43,997 nucleotides of DNA from Myxococcota bacterium (GTDB lineage Bacteria > Myxococcota_A > UBA796 > GCA-2862545): the NCBI GenBank assembly GCA_039208735.1, contig JBCCQY010000067.1:1-43997 (forward strand). The letters run 5' to 3'. This document shows, piece after piece, positions 37,374 through 43,997 of this stretch; positions within the stretch are counted from its first letter, which is position 1, and each line of letters starts with the position of its first letter. The position numbers and the translations under genes are program-made. A model generated the notes under the pieces. It was not told the DNA's origin and did not search any database. It saw nothing but the letters and a program-made list of their open reading frames with translations.

Positions 37374-38024
37374 ATGTGGTGGTGTTTGTTGTCGACGGCC
37401 GGAGCCACGCCCCCGCTTACTGCGGCCATGCACGAGCGGTTTTCGTTGCTCTACGAGACCCGCGATCATGTCATCTAGGGACGCCTCAACGATGCGCGCG
37501 AGACCTCCAGGAGCCTCGGCGACGTCCACATCCCAGACGGGCTCCCCAGCGAGTGGGCCAAAGCGATGAAACAACTGCGGAAGACCAGCCGTCGCGCTGC
37601 CAAGAGTAGCGATCTGGTCGAGGCTGCGGCGGGGGTGGGGCGAATCGCCCAGCAGTGTGGGGCGTGCCACGCCACGACCAAAGGTGGACCGGGTATCGCC
37701 CAAGCCCTGGACCTGCCCCCTCAACAGTGGGACGAAGGGCAGAACATGGCGCTGCATGCCTGGGCCACCGAGTGGATGTGGTTGGGTCTCCTCGCCGCCG
37801 AAGATGGAGCGTGGCTTCGGGGCGCGGAAGCGCTCGACGACAAGCCCCTTCCGCCGAGGTTTGCCAACGCTCCGGCCCCCACCGACCAACCGCAGCTCGA
37901 ACAGCTTGTCTACATCCTCGCCAACCGGGCCTTGGACGTGCCGGTGGCGGAGCGAGGCGCCCTGATGGGCCAGTTGCTCGCCACCTGTGCGGAATGCCAC
38001 GTGACGGAGCGTGACGCCCGCTAG
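37374..38024 (+). pseudogene. Dihaem cytochrome c (two cytochrome c'-like halves) interrupted by an in-frame TAG at 37476-37478
   Basis: AGGAGG RBS and ATG 37374 give MWWCLLSTAGATPPLTAAMHERFSLLYETRDHVI*GRLNDARE..., in frame with the 37566-38024 ORF carrying CGACH and CAECH. The signal peptide lies upstream of the stop. Could be a real nonsense mutation or a base-call error. Confidence 0.7.
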
Positions 38025-38392
38025 GCCCCATGGGACAGGCAGGACCTCACGAGTTCGCCCATGTCGTCGAGGGCGAACGGCTTCGCAATGGTCGAGACCG
38101 CACCCAAGGCGGTCGCTTGGGATCGGGCCGAATCACCCGAGCCGGTCATCACGATGACGGGCGGATGAGGGCCGCACTCGTGCAGGTACCGCAACGCTTC
38201 TAGCCCGCCCATGCGGGGCATCTCGAGATCGAGGAGCACGAGCGTGGGCTCCGAGTTCTCCAGCAACTGGAGCAGCTCGTAGCCGTTCGACGCCGTCTCG
38301 CAGCGGTAACCAGATTGCTCCAAGTGCCACACGAGCGACCAGCGGAGCATCTGGTTGTCGTCACAAACGACAATGGTGGGTGGACGGACCAA
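38021..38392 (-). CDS. Single-domain response regulator (CheY-like receiver)
   Basis: IVVCDD, LVLLDLEMPRMGG, VIVMTG, IAKPF; TTG start at 38392 with GGAGG RBS (alternative ATG 38452). Confidence 0.88.
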   Translation of the reverse strand: MVRPPTIVVCDDNQMLRWSLVWHLEQSGYRCETASNGYELLQLLENSEPTLVLLDLEMPRMGGLEALRYLHECGPHPPVIVMTGSGDSARSQATALGAVSTIAKPFALDDMGELVRSCLSHGA

Positions 38393-38417
38393 AATACCTC
38401 CGGGTCCCTCATCCCCT

Positions 38418-38433
38418 TGCAGGACTTGTGCCG
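38418..38433 (-). promoter_or_regulatory. Sigma-54-like promoter in front of the response regulator
   Basis: Minus strand CGGCACAAGTCCTGCA (GG-N10-GC), in the short gap between the kinase stop (38439) and the regulator RBS. Confidence 0.55.
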
Positions 38434-38438
38434 AGTGG

Positions 38439-40577
38439 TCAGGCCAGCGCATCCCGAATCGCTTGGTCGAGATCTTCCCTTGAAAAGGGCTTGGAAAGCA
38501 CCACTCCCCGCGCATCGATGAGGGCACGTTCCACGAGGTCGGCGCGAGGCAAGGCCGACATCGCGATGACCGCGACCCTGGGGTGATGGGCCCGCACCGC
38601 TTCCACGGCGGCAGCAGCGCCTCCCCCCGGCATGAGAACATCGGTGAGCAGAACGTCCACTCGCGGCAACGTGGGCGCCAACTCCGCGACCTCGGCCGGC
38701 CCCTCGGCCATAATGGACTGGTGACCGAGTTCCTGGAGGTAGTGCTGGGCGGTGATGCTCACCAATTCTTCGTCTTCGACAACCAGCACGATGCAGGAAG
38801 GGCCGTGGGGTGACGAGCGTACGGTGGCCACCTCATCGGGAGGGCACTCGGGCAACACCAGCCGCACCGTGGTGCCCTGACCCACCACACTGTCGATCTC
38901 AAGCCGCCCGCCCATCGCCTCGGTGCTCGTAGCGACCATGGACAGGCCCAACCCTGTGCCACGACCCACGTCCTTGGTGGTGAAGAACGGTTCGAGGGCC
39001 CGTCGTCGGGTCTCTTCACTCATGCCCACGCCCTCGTCTTCGACTTCAACGATCACCCGCCCCTGGGCCCGTCGAGTGCGCAACGACAGCGTGCCCCCCT
39101 GCGGCATGGCATCTCGTGCATTGCTGGCGAGGTTGAGCAGTACTTGCTCAAGACGGCCTGGGTCGGTTCGCACACATGCTGGGCCAGCATGAGCGTCGAC
39201 GACCACTTCAATGTCGCCTCCCACCACCTGGTTGAGCAGGACCGCCGTGCCTTCGATGAGTTCGTCGACCTGCACCGGGCGTGGATCGATGGGACGCCGC
39301 CGGGCAAACCGCGACAGTTGTGCGGTAACCCCCGCACCTCGAAAGGCCGCATCCCGAACCTGCTGAACGCACTTGCGAGCGAACGAGCCTTCGTCCAGGT
39401 CGGATAGCGCGGCATCCGCCACTCCGATGATGCCCGCGAGGAGGTTGTTGAAGTCATGGGCTACGCCCGAGGCCAAGGTGCCTACGGCCTCCATCTTCTG
39501 CGCGTGAAGCAGCTGTTCCTGCAGCTTCTTCGATTCGGACAGATCGGAAAGAAACGCACAAAAGCCCCGGCGTCCATCGACCTCGAACTCGCTGATGGCG
39601 AGATGAAGGGGAACCTCCGAACCATCTTTTCGGCGCCCGACAACCTCACGGCCAATACCGATAATCCTCCTTTCGCCCGTCTTGAGGTACCGCTGCATGT
39701 ACGCATCGTGCTGGCTGCGATCGGGCTCGGGCATGAGAATCCGTAGGTTCTCGCCCACCACCTCCTCGGCGTCGTACCCAAAGATGCGCTGGGCCGCGGT
39801 GTTGAACGACTCGATGGTCCCCTCGGCACTGGCCACCACGATGCCATCGACCGCGGTCGTCAGGATGGCCCGCAATCGCGCTTCGGCCTGACGAGTCGTC
39901 ACGTCGAGCACCGCCTGCGATACCCCGATCAACTGACCGTGGGGGCTGAACATGGGACGGATCAAGGCATGGAAGATGCGAGAGTGACCGCCGACGGTCA
40001 TGGTGATTTCATTCTGGAGCACCGTCCCCGAGGCGAGGGACGCGCGCTTCAGCTCCCCAAGAGCCTCAAAACCCAGGTCACTGTCCGTTTTCCCAAGGAT
40101 ACGGTTTTGGCTGAAGTCCGGTTCTGGATGATCGTGGACCCAGATGTACCGCAGCGCATCATCGCTGGTCGCGACCCACAGAGGGGAGCCCGCCATCGCT
40201 AGATCGAAGCGAGCCTCGGCTTCACGCAACTCGGTCACGTCTCGCACCACGACAATGGCCAAAGGCCCCTGGTCACCCAGATCTCCCAATGGAGAAATGT
40301 CTAGGTCCCAACAGCGGAGTCGACCCTGGGCGGTACGAACGCTGCACAGACCATGCGGCAAGGTCGTTTTCGTCTGCAGCACGCGTTCGATCTGTTGGGC
40401 GAGTCCGTGTCGACTCTCCGCGACGACGAGGTCACCAAGCGCCTGATCGGTCCAGACACCCGCAGGATGACCCGTAAGAAGGGTGATGCCCTGACTCGCC
40501 CCATGGATCCGCTCCTGATCCACAATCAGCAGAGGCAGGGGCAGCGAATACAACAACTCGAGCACCGCGCTATTCAT
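38439..40577 (-). CDS. Hybrid sensor histidine kinase with three PAS domains including a FixL-type heme-PAS, and a C-terminal receiver
   Basis: LMPEPDRSQHDAYMQRYLKTGERRIIGIGREVVGRRKDGS (FixL heme-PAS signature); H-box AQKMEAVGTLASGVAHDFNNLL; NLASNARDAM, DEGVGM, PFFTTK..GRGTGLGL; receiver VVEDE..LTDVLMP..KPF. Confidence 0.93.
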   Translation of the reverse strand: MNSAVLELLYSLPLPLLIVDQERIHGASQGITLLTGHPAGVWTDQALGDLVVAESRHGLAQQIERVLQTKTTLPHGLCSVRTAQGRLRCWDLDISPLGDLGDQGPLAIVVVRDVTELREAEARFDLAMAGSPLWVATSDDALRYIWVHDHPEPDFSQNRILGKTDSDLGFEALGELKRASLASGTVLQNEITMTVGGHSRIFHALIRPMFSPHGQLIGVSQAVLDVTTRQAEARLRAILTTAVDGIVVASAEGTIESFNTAAQRIFGYDAEEVVGENLRILMPEPDRSQHDAYMQRYLKTGERRIIGIGREVVGRRKDGSEVPLHLAISEFEVDGRRGFCAFLSDLSESKKLQEQLLHAQKMEAVGTLASGVAHDFNNLLAGIIGVADAALSDLDEGSFARKCVQQVRDAAFRGAGVTAQLSRFARRRPIDPRPVQVDELIEGTAVLLNQVVGGDIEVVVDAHAGPACVRTDPGRLEQVLLNLASNARDAMPQGGTLSLRTRRAQGRVIVEVEDEGVGMSEETRRRALEPFFTTKDVGRGTGLGLSMVATSTEAMGGRLEIDSVVGQGTTVRLVLPECPPDEVATVRSSPHGPSCIVLVVEDEELVSITAQHYLQELGHQSIMAEGPAEVAELAPTLPRVDVLLTDVLMPGGGAAAAVEAVRAHHPRVAVIAMSALPRADLVERALIDARGVVLSKPFSREDLDQAIRDALA

Positions 40578-40585
40578 GCGGCGCT

Positions 40586-41389
40586 TTAGCGCCGGGGAAC
40601 GTCCGCGACCACGATGCCGGGCATGCGATGTCGAACGCCGGGGAGCCGTCGCATCACTCCATAGGCGAGCCGAGCGGGAGACCAGGCGAACGGAAGGGGC
40701 TGCTGCCCTACCACTACCCCCCGCACCCAGGACCCGAGCACCTGGGCCGCATCCCGTTGGTCGAGGCCAAAGGGCATGGGGGGGAGCCGAAAGCGCGGCG
40801 AAACGGGCAGGCGAAGCGCCGACAGCCGGGCAGTGATGCCGGGCATGGTGTCAAAGACGATGCGACCGCCTGGGAAACGCTCGGCGAACCGCACGACGAT
40901 GTCACGCACCTGATGCGGATGCAGGTACATGAACAGGCCTTGAGCGGTGAGCAACGTCGGTCGGTCTGGCGGCACAATGTCGAAGAGATCGGGATCCGTG
41001 GCGGAAGCGGAGATGTGCCAGTGGTCGTCATCGGCCGCGATGAAGCGCTCACGAACCTGGATCGCGTCTGGCAAATCCACCGTGATCCAGAGCCGGTCGC
41101 CACGGATGCGGTAGCGCTGGGTTTCGAGGCCTTCGCCAAGGTTCACCACGACCGCGGATGGATGAGCGTCGACGAAACGCTGTACGACTCGATCGAAGGC
41201 CGCCGAGCGGAGTCCGATCACACCGAGCGGAGGGCCAAACCGGCGCCGAAGGTCGACGTCGATCTGATGGTAGATGCGAACGGCGTCCGGGTCGAATAGG
41301 CGTCCGCCCGGCCGCAATGCTTCGTGAACGCGATCGTGCAGCGTCCACAACATGGTCTCGGAGACCCCGGTCAGCTCGTGTGCATCCAC
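40586..41389 (-). CDS. Class I SAM O-methyltransferase (TcmP / leucine carboxyl methyltransferase-like)
   Basis: LTGVSETMLWTL..R, RSAAFD, VVNLGEGLETQ..R, VDLP, AQGLFMYL, FD; GTG start 41389 with GGAG upstream. Confidence 0.85.
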   Translation of the reverse strand: MDAHELTGVSETMLWTLHDRVHEALRPGGRLFDPDAVRIYHQIDVDLRRRFGPPLGVIGLRSAAFDRVVQRFVDAHPSAVVVNLGEGLETQRYRIRGDRLWITVDLPDAIQVRERFIAADDDHWHISASATDPDLFDIVPPDRPTLLTAQGLFMYLHPHQVRDIVVRFAERFPGGRIVFDTMPGITARLSALRLPVSPRFRLPPMPFGLDQRDAAQVLGSWVRGVVVGQQPLPFAWSPARLAYGVMRRLPGVRHRMPGIVVADVPRR

Positions 41390-41958
41390 CCTGCGTCTCC
41401 CCAATCCTCGAACCAGCTCTCCCGTACGTCGCCGTGCCCCGGGCACCCCGACGACACCCAGCGGGTCGTTGCCGTCGACAGTTCATTCAAGAAATTCCGG
41501 TCCGGCGGCAACGTCAGGGGAACTCCGTAGCCACAGCCGAGCCACTCAACGAAACGACTGGGCTGCAGCCAGTCGATGCCGTACGAGCCGTGAAGGCGCA
41601 GTCGCATGTCTTGGTCGAACCTGCACTGGCCTGTGTTCCACGACACCTCGAAGCGGGCGGTCACCGCCTCGACCGGTTGCCCAAAGAACAAGGCCTCCGA
41701 AGCATCGAGGCGAATACGCAACGCCGTCTCGGCGTGGGGATCGGGCGGGGAGCCCGGCATGCGAGCAAACAACAGGCGGGTGGCCTTGGGCCGTTCGAAG
41801 AGAAACACCCTCGCCGCTGACGACCATTCCGGCCGACCATGTTCGGCCCAGTAGTCGAGGAGCACCACCATGGCCCGAGAGGTCGGGTCCTGCTCGGCGG
41901 CCAACCGCAACGCCTGCTCGGTGGCAGAAATCCCGGAGAACGAGGACCGTTCGCTCAT
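41371..41958 (-). CDS. Hypothetical protein (about 195 aa)
   Basis: 3' part of the 380-aa ORF fills the gap between DUF3556 and the methyltransferase and overlaps the latter's start; Trp/Phe-rich protein-like sequence; start uncertain. Confidence 0.55.
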   Translation of the reverse strand: MSERSSFSGISATEQALRLAAEQDPTSRAMVVLLDYWAEHGRPEWSSAARVFLFERPKATRLLFARMPGSPPDPHAETALRIRLDASEALFFGQPVEAVTARFEVSWNTGQCRFDQDMRLRLHGSYGIDWLQPSRFVEWLGCGYGVPLTLPPDRNFLNELSTATTRWVSSGCPGHGDVRESWFEDWGDAGWMHTS

Positions 41959-42012
41959 GAGGGGACCGTAGCCTGCAAACCTGACGCGGTCATGCTGCGG
42001 TATCGTCGTGCA

Positions 42013-43692
42013 ATGCTCACCCCACGTCTTCCGTCCTACGACCTGTCTGCCTGGCGAAGCTGGCCCTTTCACGAACGTGTTCGTACCGTTTGCCAGTCCT
42101 GGGCCATCGATGGCTACGGCACGCCCATCTTGGTGTACCTGGTCTACGTGCTGAAGATCGCGGCCTGGTTGGCCGGCTGGGTGTTCTTTTGCACGTTCAC
42201 CGAAGGCTACACCGTCGAGAACATCGATACCTGGTGGGCCACCCGAACGGCGTTCGCCAAGTTTGTGCTCTGGATCATGCTGTTCGAGGGTTTGGGCTTC
42301 GGCTGCGGCAGTGGGCCCCTTACCGGGCGATACTTCCCCCCTCTCGGGGGATTTCTCTACTTCCTCCGACCCGGCACCACGAAACTCCCTATGATTGAGG
42401 GGTTTCCCGTACTGGGGGGCATCCGTCGCACCGTCATCGATGTGGGCCTGTACCTGGCTACGATTGGGGTGCTCGGCCATGCCCTGATCAGCGAGACCCC
42501 GACCATCGAGCACCTCGGCGCGCTCGTCGTCCTCGTGCCCGTCATGGGCCTGCTAGACAAGACGCTATTCCTCGTGTTCCGGTCTGAACACTACCTGTCG
42601 GTCATCGTGTGTTTGCTCGCCGGGGCGGATTGGATTGCGGGCAGCAAGCTCGTCTGGATGGCGATTTGGTGGGGAGCCGCCACGTCGAAGCTGAACCACC
42701 ACTTCCCCGCCGTCATGTGCGTCATGACAAGCAACGCGCCCATCACCCAATTCACGCCGTTCATGCGGCGCATGATCTACCGGAACTATCCAGACGATCT
42801 ACGCCCCTCGAGCCTCGCTCATGTGTTCGCGCACTTTGGAACGGCGGTGGAGTACCTCGTGCCGCTCGGCCTGCTCGCCTTTGGCGACGGCGGCCCCATC
42901 ACGGCGAGCCTGCTCTTCATCATCACGGGCTTCCACATTTTCATCTTCCTGAACGTGCCCATGGGCGTCCCCCTCGAGTGGAACTTCGTGATGATCTACG
43001 GGGCCTTCGTGCTGTTCGGTGTACACGCGGACGTCAGCGTGTTGTCGATCACGACACCGTGGCTCGTGGCCTACCTGGCCATCGCCCACCTCGTGATCCC
43101 CATCTTCGGGAGCATGTTCCCCGAACGGGTGAGCTTCCTCCTTTCGCATCGGTACTACGCGGGCAATTGGGCCTACAATGTGTGGCTCTTCCGCGGAGAC
43201 GCCCAACAAAAGCTGAAGAAGCTGACGCGCACCTCGCCTTTGGTCAAGGACCAGTTGAAGCTGCTGTACGACCAAGACATCATCGAAGCCGCGGTCTCCA
43301 AGGTGATGGCCTTTCGATTCATGCACCTGCTCGGAGGCGCATTGAAGACCTTGGTGCCCCAGGCGGTGGACGACATCGAGGAGTACGAGTGGCTCGATGG
43401 CGAACTGGTCGCCGGGGTGGTCGTGGGCTGGAACTTCGGCGAAGGTCACCTCGGCAACCCCCAGCTCCTGCGCGCGGTTCAGGCCCAGTGCGGATTTGAA
43501 CCGGGTGAACTTCGGGTGATCAGCGTGGAATCCCAACCCATCCATCGCCGAGACGCAGCCTGGTGGATCACAGATGCCGCGACCGGAACGCTCGCCTCTG
43601 GACGCATGACGATTGCCCAAATGGCTGAAGGCCAGCCGTGGCCGGAGGTTCCAACCGAGGCCTCATCACCGCTCTCGGCTGCACCGAGCTGA
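42013..43692 (+). CDS. DUF3556 family multi-pass membrane protein
   Basis: W...GYGTP, LFEGLGFGCGSGPLTGRY, LRPGT.KLP, DKTLFL..RSEHY, WWGAATSKLNHHF, PMGVPLEWN, SFLLSHRYYAGNW, GWNFGEGHL, ESQP. Confidence 0.85.
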   Translation: MLTPRLPSYDLSAWRSWPFHERVRTVCQSWAIDGYGTPILVYLVYVLKIAAWLAGWVFFCTFTEGYTVENIDTWWATRTAFAKFVLWIMLFEGLGFGCGSGPLTGRYFPPLGGFLYFLRPGTTKLPMIEGFPVLGGIRRTVIDVGLYLATIGVLGHALISETPTIEHLGALVVLVPVMGLLDKTLFLVFRSEHYLSVIVCLLAGADWIAGSKLVWMAIWWGAATSKLNHHFPAVMCVMTSNAPITQFTPFMRRMIYRNYPDDLRPSSLAHVFAHFGTAVEYLVPLGLLAFGDGGPITASLLFIITGFHIFIFLNVPMGVPLEWNFVMIYGAFVLFGVHADVSVLSITTPWLVAYLAIAHLVIPIFGSMFPERVSFLLSHRYYAGNWAYNVWLFRGDAQQKLKKLTRTSPLVKDQLKLLYDQDIIEAAVSKVMAFRFMHLLGGALKTLVPQAVDDIEEYEWLDGELVAGVVVGWNFGEGHLGNPQLLRAVQAQCGFEPGELRVISVESQPIHRRDAAWWITDAATGTLASGRMTIAQMAEGQPWPEVPTEASSPLSAAPS

Positions 43693-43730
43693 CGGGATAT
43701 CGCAGGGTCCGCAACGCTTGGGGGGAACCT

Positions 43731-43997
43731 GTGAACCTGCTCGCATTCCTGCTGCTCGCCTGCACATCGAGCGAAACCTCGGACAGTGGCTCCGAACCCG
43801 CCGCTACCACGTTGGCCGACGCCACCCCACGGGTCGTGACCCGGGATGGCACCTGCGACGGCGAACCACTCGTATTCGACGAGGCGGTATCAGGCAATCT
43901 TCCAGGAGGATGGGCAACGGACCTCGGCGATTGGTTCACCGATGGCCAGGTGGGCTGCACCCCCTTCCCCGCCGAGTTTCCGGGCCCCTACAGCGCC
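43731..43997 (+). CDS. Partial lipoprotein, runs off the window end
   Basis: GTG start after GGGGA; hand translation MNLLAFLLLACTSSETSDSGSEP...; lipobox LLAC; open to 43997. Confidence 0.65.
   Translation, partial: MNLLAFLLLACTSSETSDSGSEPAATTLADATPRVVTRDGTCDGEPLVFDEAVSGNLPGGWATDLGDWFTDGQVGCTPFPAEFPGPYSA

Noticed and set aside
37476..37478. Genome-wide TAG reassignment or pyrrolysine as the explanation of the amber codon
   Set aside because: TAG terminates many normal genes here (157, 2317, 11595, 11601, 25217, 33363, 38024) and no pyl genes are visible; kept only as a low-probability alternative.
1..43997. Mobile elements, prophage, rRNA or tRNA genes
   Set aside because: No transposase, integrase or phage-like ORFs, and intergenic gaps are too short or lack RNA gene signatures.

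Overview
High-GC bacterial chromosomal window with dense coding. Gene content (DUF1592/DUF1552 pair, Asp-Thr-repeat Cys-rich lipoprotein, AgmX/PglI-like protein, sigma-54 promoters) suggests a Myxococcota-like deltaproteobacterium; this is an inference. Left to right: prolyl oligopeptidase and an unknown protein; an RND efflux system split into two convergent halves (adaptor + permease 1 on +, permease 2 + TolC on -) around a DUF1592/DUF1552 pair and two small genes; acyltransferase; guanine deaminase; FG-GAP/ASPIC lipoprotein; methyltransferase; a coupled RlaP-like nucleotidyltransferase / EEP phosphoesterase / GNAT operon; a 1103-aa acidic Cys-rich repeat lipoprotein; a full cbb3 oxidase operon (ccoNOQP-G-miniH-I-S); a divergent DsbD_2 gene plus a dihaem cytochrome c gene interrupted by an in-frame TAG; a FixL-like heme-PAS hybrid kinase with a single-domain response regulator; a methyltransferase; and DUF3556. 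The most striking signal is the microaerobic island. It carries three sigma-54 (-24/-12) motifs, two of them back to back with a TGT-N10-ACA dyad between them, has no visible FNR/FixK box, and sits next to a FixL-type O2 sensor. No rRNA, tRNA, CRISPR or mobile element was seen. All family assignments are from motif recognition by eye, not database searches.
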